Origin: Macrostomum lignano
Lineage: Eukaryota
DNA length: 64,000 bases
Reading direction: 5' to 3'
Assembly (NCBI GenBank): GCA_002269645.1
Contig: NIVC01002648.1
Span: 57,823-121,822, forward strand
Made by a program: the position numbers and the translations under genes. This document shows, in pieces, positions 24,433 to 37,200 of this stretch. The notes below the pieces were generated by a model. It was not told the DNA's origin, searched no databases, and saw only the letters and a program-made list of their open reading frames with translations. Position 1 is the stretch's first letter, and the number at the start of each line of letters is the position of its first letter.

Positions 24433-24944
24433 TTTTAGAAATATCGATAGATCTGAACTAGAAAATTTAAATCGGAAATATTCTATGCATTATAAAATTT
24501 ATTAAAACAATAAAGTCAAGACTGTTCAAAAAGGATAATAAAGGTCTATTTAGCAGAAGTTCATGAAATCAATTAACCAATAAGCAGATAATCTTTTGTT
24601 CGCGATTAGCACCACAGAAACACTCCTGTCATTGATAGCGAGTAAGAAATCAAATCAAATTTGTATAGAAGGCTGGTAATAAATACAATATATTGCACTC
24701 TGGGCTTTTAGCAAGCTTAAAAGCTGATTTATAAATCGTCCTAAATGGTAAAATAGCCTAGAAAGAATCAAAATATGGAAAAAACATTGCATTTCGCTCA
24801 AGTAATTTAAATAATTATATTTAAGCTATGAAAAATTAAAAAAGTAACTTTTGGTCATTGTTTAATTTGATCTTTAATCGACTAAAACAAAAAATCTCCG
24901 CAACGATGATAAACACCGGAACCTGCGCGCCGATTTGAATTTGC

Positions 24945-26962
24945 TTAAAATGGCTCCTTGAATGGATAATATTTGTGATGCGCAACCCTGCAAATTTTAG
25001 ATGGAAAACAAAAGTGTATAAACTTAATCTTGAAACAAAAAGTTAATGTATCAACGAAGATATAAAAATAAAGTACAGTTAAAAGTACAAACCATTCAAG
25101 CAAAACGGCTCTGTAGTCTTTGTTAAAAGCGGCGATTTGCTCCACTTCTTCTTTAGTCAGAGAAAAGTCAAGAACCTGAAACGCAAGCGTTTAAAAATGT
25201 TAATTTGAATTCGTAATAATATTAAATGGTGATATATTGAAAATAAAGAATGATGGGAGGGCCTTGATAATAGAAATAAGGTCCAAGATTAGATAAAAAA
25301 GGTTATTGAATCAAATGTGAGGCTCTCGGACCAGAAATGGGGCTCTCGACAAGAAATGAGGCTCTCGGACCAGAAATGAGACTTCTTGGACTAAAAATGA
25401 GGCTCTCGGACCAGAAATGAGGTTCTCAGACCAGAAATGAGGCTCTCGAACCAGAAATGAGGCTCTCAGACTATAAATGAGGCTCTCATGAGGCTCTCGG
25501 CCCATAAATGAAGCTTTTGAATGAGAAATAGGGTGCTCTTGAATGAGAAACCTGGATTAGAAGGCTAGCACATCACTCACGTCAAGATTTTCTTTCATCC
25601 TTTCAGGCTTGACAGACTTTGGCACAACGCCGACATTTCGTTCTAGCTGGAATCGCAGCACCACCTGGGCCGGAGATTTCCCGTATTTGGCGCCGATAGC
25701 TTTCAATAGCGGTTCGTCAAGTAGCTGAGGATCGCCCGGCTTTGCCCAGGGTCGCTTCGGGCTGCCCAACGGGCTGTAGGCTACAACAGTTATGCCCGCG
25801 CGCTGGGCGAAGTCAATCAGGCGGCCATTCAGGAAATAGGGCGAGCTCTCTATCTGCAGGCAGGCTGGGGGAATTCGGCAGTTGGCTAGGATCCGGCCCA
25901 GCTGCTCGGAGTTGAAGTTCGACACGCCGACTGCCTTAGCAAGGCCTTCGTCTACCAGCTGCTCCATGGCCTGCACGGATTGATGGTTGGATTGGGGCGA
26001 TTCTCAGGGTTGGATTGGGGCGATTCTCAGGCTTGGATTGGGGCGATTCTCAGGCTTGGATTGGGGCGATTCTCAGGGTTGGGTTGGGGCGATTCTCAGG
26101 GTTGGATTGGGGCGATTCTCAGGGTTGGATTGGGGCGATTCTCAGGGTTGGTTTATGGCTACTTTAAAAAAGCTAGTTTAAGGTCATCTCAAGAAACGCA
26201 CCTTCCAAGTATCGAGATAATCTACTTCGGAGAAAATAAACTTTCCATTTTCGTCTTTTGGAAAAAATTCTCGATCTTCCTGCAATGAACAGCAAGGTAT
26301 CAAGTGAGATATTAAGGAAATGAAAGGAAAATATAAATAAAACTGCTCTTTGTTTTACAATCAACTCACCACGTAAGCCATAGGCCAATGAATTAAATAC
26401 AAATCGAGATAGGAGAGCTTAAGATTCTCCAGCGACTTTTTGCAGGCTACTTTGACCAAGTCAGGCCGGTGGTAGGTGTTCCACAGCTTGCTAGTCACAA
26501 ACAAGTCCTCTCTGCAGACTGCTCCCTCGCTTAGCTTGGCTGCAATGGCATCACCGACCTCATCCTCATTGCCATATGCAGCAGCGCAGTCAATGTGCCT
26601 ATAGCCTACATCAATTGCTGCTTTTACAGCAGAACAGACTTCACCTTTAGGAGCCTAAAAAGTGATTAGATAAATATGTTGATTTTAGCAACTTATACAT
26701 TTTACGCTCGTACATATTTGAAACAATTTGAATTTCGTACACATATTTAAATTATACATAGTAAAAGTTATTGTCTAAATGTACAAATCATCCTAAAATT
26801 TTCAAATTAACACTCAATTCAAATGAATTTAATCAAAAATATTGTAAGATAACAAATATAGATGTCATACTAGTGTATGTTATAGAGGAACATTATGTTT
26901 ACCTGCCAAGTACCAAGACCAACAGAAGGAATTTTGAATCCAGTTTTGGAAGAAAGATACAT
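24945..26962 (-). CDS. AKR1: Aldo-keto reductase, AKR1A/AKR1B-like, 6 exons, 312 aa
   Basis: Exons 26962-26903, 26654-26370, 26279-26202, 25970-25581, 25175-25093, 24987-24945; all GT-AG and phase-consistent. Motifs [70 protein letters not shown]. Catalytic D/Y/K/H intact. Symbol is family-level. Confidence 0.95.
25313..25505. repeat. 20-bp minisatellite (aatgaggctctcggaccaga) in AKR intron 4
   Basis: Direct reading. Confidence 0.9.
25988..26150. repeat. 23-bp minisatellite (gattggggcgattctcagggttg) in AKR intron 3
   Basis: Direct reading, period 23. Confidence 0.9.
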
Positions 26963-27472
26963 TATGCTCAGCCTTAAACTTTAAACTTAAGACAGTCACT
27001 GCCAAAGCCACACAAAAATAAAAAAAGCAAAAATAACAGTAACAGGAATAGCTCTTATAATTTTTTTAGATTTTAAATCTAATTTTAAAAGGAATGGCAC
27101 GAGTCCTGTGTCTAATAACAAACAGATTACAACCTTTTAGAAACTAGGTTACTAATGAAAAAATTCGAGAATGTTAACTAACACACTAGTAGTTGACTTT
27201 GAATGAATTATTTAAAAGAATTTAAACTGAATTTAAAAGACATGGTCAAGCATTGCATACAAGTAATGAAAACTAATTTTCTAGTATTTTATACAGAACT
27301 AAAAAAAATATACTTTGAAACTATTGTCATGATACTCATAAAAAAGTAATAAGAGTTTTTTGCTTTTTTGAAGTGTTTTACTATTAGTCACAAAAAGCAG
27401 CATTTTAAATGTTTTCGTACGTCACGAGTTATATAAAACTGAGAATCTCAGTACATTTCATTTTAAGTTTAG

Positions 27473-27734
27473 GGGCCTCTTCATATTACCAATTCCAGAA
27501 CCAGAATCGGTTCGGAATTCCAAGAAAAACAGCAGTATAACTATTAAACTCTGTTAATATTTGACTGCCTTAACAACCTAATTCTTAGCACAATTTTTCA
27601 CTTTCTTCTTGGCGATTGTCATTCAATAATAAAAACTTAATTGCGCGTATCTCCCTCTCGTTATGGAGACAAAAAGTTATACTTCACAAATTGGTTCTGG
27701 TTCTGGAACCAGAGCAAGCAATATGAAAAGGCCC
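27473..27734. mobile_element. PIF/Harbinger-like MITE (~260 bp)
   Basis: TIRs gggcctcttcatatt and aatatgaaaaggccc (14/15 match), subterminal inverted ttccagaaccagaa, 3-bp TAG on both sides. Superfamily inferred from GGG termini and the 3-bp TSD. Confidence 0.6.
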
Positions 27735-29774
27735 TAGGTCAGATTCTGGACTAGGATGGGATTTATTTGGTTCTTTTTAATTCTTAATTTATCGCTAATA
27801 AGCCTCTATAAAGTTTCTCGCCTTGGCTGCATAGCCATTGACAGCTTTTACACCACACCAGAAATACCTTGATGCTTAAGCCACATTCTATTTTGACAAA
27901 AAATTCTTTAGCCAATTAGCCCTAGACCATGTGACTCTAAATAAAAATCATTTTAAGCTTTAAAATAAAACAAAGCTAATTTTCAATTGTATAGCATAGT
28001 GCATGTTGTGTAATATAATATTTAAGTATTTATAATTGGTTAAATTAATTTATTGTTTGATTAAATATAGGCCTAGCTATGTATAATTACATTACAACAA
28101 TTGTGACAAAATCAATTATTTATTATATTTTAACTAGATTTATAAAAAGCAAGAATGCATGGCTAGAAAGTAAAATGCTTTTTTTGTAATATTATATAAA
28201 CATATGTTTTATTTGACTTATTAAATGTCAAATGAAATTTGTTTTTTCTTAAAAAAAACTCACAATTCTATTGATTTGCCAAGGTGTAAACTATTTTTTT
28301 AATTCTAGAATGCATTGAGCATATTAAATTGTATATCAACCATTTTTTGTGTATTGTTATATAAGCAAATATACTAAAAACTAATATAGGCCTAATACAA
28401 AGCCCATAGGCCATAACTCAAGTCATATTCTAAAAACTTTGTATAAAATGTTATTAAGTATAATTTTGTTAAAAATATTTATATTGAAACCAATATATAG
28501 TAATTTTAATAAAGTTATTAATTTTATATTTAACTATAAAGTATTCTATGATACCAATTCTGCAATACAGCTTATATTAAATAGTATTACAAATTTATAC
28601 TTTTTTGCTAAAAGTTTTTACTGTTAATGGCTAAATATAATAATCTATTAGAATTATATCTTCTTATTTAGTTAAAACTAAGATAGTGCATTAATTATAT
28701 TGTATACTTGTTCTAAAGTTATTTTATATCTAAAGCTAACTAGATTGATCAATTGACCGGCTAGGTTTAATGCGTATCTCCTCCTAGACAGCTGGCAAAT
28801 TAAATGCAAGACTTATATCTATCAATGAAGAATTTTCCTATGCAACAAATAAGCTATTTTATTGTTGAAATTTTTAAAATTATTTGAAAAGTTTGAAAAA
28901 TGCAGAAAACATTTCTTGTAACCTTCTTTGGCCACTTTGCTTCTCTAATATAAAGTTGGTAGCATGTTTGTAAAAAGAACCACCCTAACCTTTGCCCATG
29001 GGTTGCTATATATTTGAGGGGGTGGATGACACATGTTCTATGTTTAATGCAAATAACCTTTTGGGTGCTCGAGCCATGTTGTATTGAGATTGCAATTAAA
29101 TTTTAATGATTCCCCTGAAACAGGGGTCAAGTTGAGTATATAGGGGTAGATGCTAGAATGAAATTCAGGATGTCTTATAGCATGTATATACTATAAAAAC
29201 CTAATAATATAATTGAGGATTTTGTTTACCATTAGAGGCAAGGACTATATATCCTTGTGTACTTTAAGCAGTATTATTATAATTATCAAGAGGCATTATT
29301 GTCTATTTTGCTAATTGATCTAACTAGGTATAAGTATATAGATATGCATTATACAATTATCTATATAGATATACACAGGAATATATACATACCAACAAGT
29401 ATATGCACATAGGAATGTACATATGCAAGCAAACAATCATAGAGGTGTTTAAATATACACAAATACACATATAGTAGTAATCTTTAAACTTTATTTATTG
29501 TTAAGCATGTATACTTCACTGTGCCTTGGCCTTCAAAGGTGTTAATTGCACAAGTAAAAACAAGTTGAGATTCCAATTTAGCCCCCAAATTAATGCAATC
29601 TGCATTTGGAATCGAGCCCAGACCATTGGCAATGCTGGATCACTAGGCTAAGACCCCTTACAAAGTTTTTATGCTTTTTAAACAAAACAAGTATGATTTT
29701 TACTATACATAATTAGTCTCAAATACTTTAATGCATGCAGTTAGTTCCTCACCATAAGCATTGAAACTGAAACA

Positions 29775-32610
29775 ATGTCTGACTCAGAAAGTGGCGACTT
29801 TGAAAGTGCCGACGAAGAGGCAATGGTTGATAAGCCTACAGTAGAAAAGAACTCAAATTCAACTGAGAATGTTGAAACTAACAATGCTAATCCTCACCCA
29901 GCTCCTGTAGTGATGAACCAGCCTCCAACTGCTGCTGAAGCTGATGCAGCTGGTCCCAATGTGGAACTCAGCTATGGCGAAGGCGCTGCTGGAGGCGGCG
30001 GCGGCAGCGGCTGGACCTCCTGGGGTCTGTCGTGGGGCCAAAGTCTGATCTCCGGCGCGAAGTCCGGCGTGACAGTCCTAGCCAAAGAGCTGGGCGACGG
30101 CATTGGCACAGTGTCCCGTACTGTAGAATCGGTGCTTGACGCCCCGTCGCCCGAGGACATGGCCAGCGATGGCGGAGCTGCTACTCAGGCTGCTACTGAA
30201 GACTCGCAGCAGCAGCAAAAACCGCAAGAGCAGGAGCAGCAAGAAGGCAAAGCCGATCAAAATGCGGACAGCGGCAGCGAATCCGGCTGGCTGAAGTCAA
30301 GCTGGCGCGTTGGCGGCGCCTTGACTTCCTCAGTGACGCAGACGGGCAGCTACTTGGTCACTGGCGGCCTCGACCTGTTAGAAACGCTCGGCAAACGGAC
30401 TATGGACGCTTTGCAAGAAACCGATCCGGGATTTCAGCGCACAAAAGTGCTACTTGGCCGGGGCAGGCGGCCGAACTTGTCCGAACTGCTCCGGGAGGCT
30501 CAGGCTAGCGGCGGGTCCAACGCCGCCGCCGCCGCTGCCGCCGCCTCCTCCAGCGACTCTACCGACGTCGCCGCCGATGCCGACATTGATTCAGCTGATT
30601 TCGCTTGCCAATTCGATCGATTAAACGGCTCGGCCTATTTGGACGGCCTGCAGACTCTGGCCGGCCAGTGCGAGCTCCGCCTGCAGGCCAAGTTGTCCAC
30701 TCGGCCTGGTATGCGGCCGACTATGGCCGAGATTTTGGCCCGACTCGAACGGGTCCGAGCCGAACCAGGCGACGACGAGGCGGAGGACAGCTCGGTCAAG
30801 CCGGAGACGCTCGAAGCGGCGCTGGCGGCCCTGCCCGATCAGTTTGGCCCGGCCAATGCCTGGCTGAGCAAAGCGGTTGCCGCCGACTGCCTGCCTGCCG
30901 ACAGCGGAGACGGGGAGGAGGGCTCGTCCGATAAGGATATTGTTGGGCTGCAGGTTTGTGACTCATCGATATCTGTTCATGCTGGGCTACCAGCCATCCT
31001 ATCTAAACTGGTCAGTCTATGCCGCCCCACTCCCAGATGCTCAGTTGCTGGACCAGCCTCCCAGATCTTCAGTTGCTCCGCCAGCCTCCCAGATCCTTCA
31101 ATTGCTGGGCCAGCCTCCCAGATCCTCAGTTGATGGGCCAGCCTCCCAGAGTGTCAGTTGCTGGGCCAGCCTCCTAGATCCTCAGTTGCTGGGCCAGCCT
31201 CTCAGAGTGTCAGTTGCTGTGCCAGCCTCCCAGATCCTCAGTTGCTGCGTCACCCAGAGAAGTTGCTGGGGCCACCCGAAGAAGTTGCTGGGGCCACCCG
31301 GAGAAGTTGCTGGGGCCACCCAGAGAAGTTGCTGCGTCACCCAGAGAAGTTGCTGGGGCCACCCGAAGAAGTTGCTGGGGCCACCCGGAGAAGTTGCTGG
31401 GGCCACCCGAAGAAGTTGCTGGGGCCACCCGAAGAAGTTGCTGGGGCCACCCGGAGAAGTTGCTGGGGCCACCCAGAGAAGTTGCTGCGTCACCCAGAGA
31501 AGTTGCTGGGGCCACCCGAAGAAGTTGCTGGGGCCACCCGAAGAAGTTGCTGGGGCCACCCGAAGAAGTTGCTGGGGCCACCCGAAGAAGTTGCTGGGGC
31601 CACCCGGAGAAGTTGCTGGGGCCACCCAGAGAAGTTGCTGCGTCACCCAGAGAAGTTGCTGGGGCCACCCGGAGAAGTTGCTGGGGCCACCCGAAGAAGT
31701 TGCTGGGGCCACCCGGAGAAGTTGCTGGGGCCACCCGAAGAAGTTGCTGGGGCCACCCGAAGAAGTTGCTGGGCCACCCGGAGAAGTTGCTGGGGCCACC
31801 CGGAGAAGTTGCTGGGGCCACCCAGAGAAGTTGCTGGGGCCACCCGGAGAAGTTGCTGGGGCCACCCAGAGAAGTTGCTGCGTCACCCAGAGAAGTTGCT
31901 GGGGCCACCCGAAGAAGTTGCTGGGGCCACCCGGAGAAGTTGCTGGGGCCACCCAGAGAAGTTGCTGCGTCACCCAGAGAAGTTGCTGGGGCCACCCGGA
32001 GAAGTTGCTGGGGCCACCCGGAGAAGTTGCTGGGGCCACCCGGAGAAGTTGCTGCGTCACCCACAATCCAGGTCCTTATACTCAGCCGCCGCCCTCGTTA
32101 ACTGTAACCCTTTTCCTAGTAATCATCCTTTAGTTTAAATTCTGTTTACTATAAGTAGTACAGATAAAAAGCCACATTAATCTCCATGTTAAAACTGTGC
32201 AGGTGGACTGTGTCCGCCGCCTGGCCGCCCTGACGGCCGCCACTATGCATTATTTATTGAAGGCGGCCAGCCTGGCCTCGGCTGCGGCCGAAGCGTCGTC
32301 TGATTCGGCAGCCGCCGCCGCGGCCGATTCGGCTACTAAGCTGGTTGGCCTCTGCTTCGCTCTGATTGGCTGCGCCGATGCTGTACGAGAGAGAGCCTGT
32401 ATTCTCATCCAGGCAGCCGCCAGCGGCGCTGAAGGTGTCGAAGCTTCCGCTGCCACCTCAGTTGACGAGCACGCGGTGAATCAGGCGATGACTCAGGTCA
32501 TCTTGGAAGCCGAAGGAGCCAAAGCCTACCTGCAGGATGCATTCCTATTATTGGCTCCCGTGTTGCAGCTGGCCGCGCTTGAAGAGCCAGTGGCTACTGC
32601 TAGTAGCTGA
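29775..32610 (+). CDS. FAM114A2: FAM114A (Noxp20 family) protein, 2 exons, 528 aa
   Basis: Exons 29775-30953 and 32203-32610 (phase 0). Family motifs SWGQSLISGAK, GGLDLLETLGKRTMDALQETDPGFQRTK, LSELLREA, AYLQDAFLLLAPVLQ. Confidence 0.9.
31030..32060. repeat. Compound minisatellite in the FAM114A intron: 28-bp unit switching to a 22/21-bp unit (agttgctggggccacccgaaga)
   Basis: Direct reading. Explains ORFs 30877..32138. Confidence 0.95.
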
Positions 32611-32708
32611 TTGGAATATTGTAACTTATTTTCCTGCTTGCATAATTCGTATACTTTTGATGATACACAAAATTCCGTAGTAACTATATTATGATTAAAA
32701 GTATTCCA

Positions 32709-32768
32709 TTACTACTACTACTACGACTACTACTACTGCTACTACTACTACTACTACTACTGCTATTG

Positions 32769-32858
<90 letters not shown>

Positions 32859-32867
32859 ATACTACTG

Positions 32868-32902
<35 letters not shown>

Positions 32903-32915
32903 GCTACTACTACTG

Positions 32916-32951
<36 letters not shown>

Positions 32952-33008
32952 ATACTACTACTACTAGTAATACTACTACTACTACTACTACTACTACTGC
33001 TACTGCTA
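32709..33008. repeat. (TAC)n microsatellite downstream of the FAM114A stop
   Basis: Direct reading. Explains the poly-L/S/V ORFs. Confidence 0.97.
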
Positions 33009-33627
33009 CAGCAAGATTTTTTGGAAGCACTGTGTAACATTTTCGCACATCCAACAATATTTTAGAAGTGTGTCAACAGTAAATAATGACTATTTATGTT
33101 TGTCATTAAATATTAAATTCAAACTTCAAACTTCATTCCTAAGATTGGTTTGGATTCTGTGAATATCATTATACTGTATTAGATTACTGTGTAAAGTTGC
33201 AGATAATAATCTACTAATAAAATATTGTATCCGAAGCAAACGCTTGGTATTTGGGATCGATTATTTTCGAGCTATGAAAATTTCAGGCACAAAAATTTAA
33301 TGCTTTGTTTGGTTCTACAAACTTTTCTAATAGTCGTTTGTCTTTCTAAAAATATCAATTATGATTTATGATTTATTTTGGTGATAGTTATCTGTCTGCT
33401 CATGACAGTTTTTTTGAGATCTTAATGGTCTGTATGTGCGACTTAACACGGCTGAATACTATCCTAATTTATGCCCATGAAAGTTCTTGTTTGCCATTAT
33501 CCGACTGGCTTCTTTGTTCAAAATATTCAGCTGCAATCTGAACTTTCAAGTGTGCTTTGGTGCTCTGTTTTAATTTTATTGATGGCTATTGTCATTAGCT
33601 AGTTGCTGCACACCCAACTGTTAGTAC

Positions 33628-34172
33628 TGAAGTCCCCCCATTTATTCCCCAACAGTCAGTCCTGAAGTCCCCCCATTTATTCCCCAACAGTCAGTCCTGA
33701 AGTCCCCCCATTTATTCCCCATCACAGTCCTAAAGTCCCATTTATTCCCCAACACAGTCCCGAAGTCTCCCATTTATTCCCCAGCACAGTCCTGAAGTCC
33801 CCCCATTTATTCCCCAACAGTCAGTCCTGAAGTCCCCCCATTTATTCCCCAACAGTCAGTCCCGAAGTCTCCCATTTATTCCCCATCACAGTCCTGAAGT
33901 CCCCCCATTTATTCCCCAACAGTCAGTCCTGAAGTCCCCCCATTTATTCCCCAACAGTCAGTCCTGAAGTCCCCCCATTTATTCCCCAACAGTCAGTCCT
34001 GAAGTCCCCCATTTATTCCCCAACGGTCAGTCCTAAAGTCCCCCCATTTATTCCCCAACAGTCAGTCCTGAAGTCCCCCCATTTATTCCCCAACAGTCAG
34101 TCCTGTAGTCCTCCCATTTATTCCCCATCACAGTCCTAAAGTCCATTTATTCCCCAGCACAGTCCTGAAGTC
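33628..34172 (+). repeat. 35-bp minisatellite (gaagtccccccatttattccccaacagtcagtcct) upstream of the SMG7 start exon
   Basis: Direct reading. Reverse complement of 37078-37950. Confidence 0.95.
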
Positions 34173-34244
34173 TAATGCAGTGTCTAATCTCATGTACTTT
34201 TAATTGTCTTATGGATTATCTATAGTCTGATTGGCATTGTTGCT

Positions 34245-37200
34245 ATGACAACATCAGACACTCTGCTAGCCCGGGCCAAAGACCCTGTCAGCCAGCTATT
34301 GGCTCTGGCAGAAGAGCAGCGTCTGCTTTTGCAGCAGCAGCAGAAGCAGCAGTCCTCGTCCTCGGAGTCGGCAACTTCAAATAATTTGGATCCGTTCCAG
34401 CCAGGCTGGCTCAATAGGCTGGCCCTGTGCGACAGCCTGAGCCGCCTGCTGTTTCTAGACATGGAGACTGCATTGGATCGCAAATTCGAGCAAGAATTGT
34501 GGAATGTCTGCTTCAAGGAGCCGGTTGCCGCTGCTCAGCGGGAAGCTAAACTAGCCGGCTCGTCTGGTCAGGCAAAACTGGCCGCTCTGCTTGAGTATGG
34601 CATTGGGTTTTATACTAACTTATTGCACGAACTCTGTACCGTGTTTCAGGTGAGTGCTGGGACACTTTGACTCTGACTCTTACTGGTTGTCTTTCTCTAC
34701 GACTTCTAATGATCCTCATAGTCTCCTAATGAGTCACATAGTCCCCTAATGACTCTCATAGTCTCCTAATGACTCTCATAGTCTCCTAATGACTCTCATA
34801 GTCTCCTAATGACTCTCATAGTCTCCTAATGACTCTCATAGTCTCCTAATGACTCTCATAGTCTCCTAATGACTCTCATAGTCTCCTAATCGCTCTCATA
34901 GCCTCCTAATGACTCTCATATTATCCAAATGACTCTCATAGTCTCCTAATGACTCTCATAGTCTCCTAATGACTCTCATAGTCTCCTAATGACCCTCATA
35001 GTCTCCTAATAACTCTCATAGTCTCATAATGACTCTCATAGTCTGCTTATCAGTCTCACAGTTTTTTAATGACTCAAATCGCATCCCAATGACTATGCAG
35101 GTAAGCCTGCCGTGCCGCAAGCGCCAGTCCCACGGTCCAGTACTGGAACCGGTGGTACTCCGAGTCAAAGCCAAATGGCCAACAGCTGGGTCACTGGCCT
35201 ACCTGTGCCAGCACTGTCTAGTTCACCTGGGCGACCTGTGCCGCTATCAGCGCAGACTGGACCAAGCCAAGCTGTATTACAACTGGGCAGTGCAGACCTG
35301 CCCTAGTAACGGGCATCCGTTTAACCAGTTGGCTATATTGGCTAGTCAGGAGGAGAATAGACAGGTAATAAATGCTTGCGCTTGGAAGCCTTGTAATGTC
35401 TTGTCTGATATGTGAGCAGGCACTGTGTAATCTGTGAGCAGGCACTGTTTAATCTGTGAGCAGGCACTGTGTAATCTGTGAGCAGGCACTGTGTAATCTG
35501 TGAGCAGGCACTGTGTAATCTGTGAGCAGGCACTGTGTAATCTGTGAGCAGGCACTGTGTAATCTGTGAGCAGGCACTGTTTAATCTGTGAGCAGGCACT
35601 GTGTAATCTGTGAGCAGGCACTGTGTAATCTGTGAGCAGGCACTGTTTAATCTGTGAGCAGGCACTGTGCAATCTGTGAACAGGCACTGTGTAATCTGTG
35701 AGCAGGCACTGTTTAATCTGTGAGCAGGCACTGTGCAATCTGTGAGCAGGCAGTGTAATCTGTGAGCAGGCACTGTGCAATCTGTGAGCAGGCACTGTTT
35801 AATCTGTGAGCAGGCACTGTGCAATCTGTGAGCAGGCACTGTTTAATCTGTGAGCAGGCACTGTGCAATCTGTGAGCAGGCACTGTTTAATCTGTGAGCA
35901 GGCACTGTGTAATCTGTGAGCAGGCACTGTGTAATCTGTGAGCAGGCACTGTTTAATCTGTGAGCAGGCACTGTGCAATCTGTGAACAGGCACTGTGTAA
36001 TCTGTGAGCAGGCACTGTTTAATCTGTGAGCAGGCACTGTGCAATCTGTGAGCAGGCAGTGTAATCTGTGAGCAGGCACTGTGTAATCTGTGAGCAGGCA
36101 CTGTTTAATCTGTGAGCAGGCACTGTGCAATCTGTGAGCAGGCAGTGTAATCTGTGAGCAGGCACTGTGCAATCTGTGAGCAGGCACTGTTTAATCTGTG
36201 AGCAGGCACTGTGCAATCTGTGAGCAGGCACTGTTTAATCTGTGAGCAGGCACTGTGCAATCTGTGAGCAGGCACTGTTTAATCTGTGAGCAGGCACTGT
36301 GCAATCTGTGAGCAGGCACTGTTTAATCTGTGAGCAGGCACTGTGCAATCTGTGAGCAGGCACTGTGTAATCTGTGAGCAGGCACTGTGCAATCTGTGAG
36401 CAGGCACTGTTTAATCTGTGAGCAGGCACTGTGCAATCTGTGAGCAGGCACTGTGCAATATGTGAGCAGGCACTGTTTAATCTGTGAGCAGGCACTGTGC
36501 AATCTGTGAACAGGCACTGTGTAATCTGTGAGCAGGCACTGTGCAATCTGTGAGCAGGCACTGTGTAATCTGTGAGCAGGCACTGTGCAATCTGTGAGCA
36601 GGCACAGTTTAATCTGTATTTCCCCCGTAGTGAAATCCTCGACCCTTGCCCCCTCCCAGGTGGCCACATTCTTTCACTACATCCGAGCAATGTCTTGTGC
36701 CACGCCGTTCACCGCCGCTCGAGCCAATCTTGAAAAACTGCTGACCAGTCAGGCTCACTCGGCCAAAACCTGTTTGTCCGCGGCCGGATCCGGACACGAG
36801 CGTCCGGGTGTGCTGTTTCTGCACTATCACGCCCTGCTCATAGCCGCCAGAGATGTTGCTAGGGCCAAGCAGCTGTGGGACGCTTTTGTGGCCGCCTATG
36901 CTCTGCGGCCTGACACGAACTGGGAGGACTGCGTGCATCTGGTGGCCATTCACGCATTTGCTATGCATAGGATGCTTGCCCAGGTTTGTTTTTTGGGCTA
37001 AACTAACGTCATTGAGACTGGGCCCTTCGGGATGTTTGACAATCATCGGGACCGTAAATGTGGCTTTATGTCTGTAAATAAATGGGAGACTTCAGGACTG
37101 TGCTGGGAGTAAATGGAAGGCTTCAGGACTGACTGTTGGGGAATAAATGGGGGGACTTCAGGACTGACTGTTGGGGAATAAATGGGGGGACTTCAGGACT

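Noticed and set aside
24118-24975. 11-bp match (ccattcaagga) between the 35-bp unit and the antisense of the AKR last codons
   Set aside because: Close to chance level, and the array lies beyond the likely AKR poly(A) signal.
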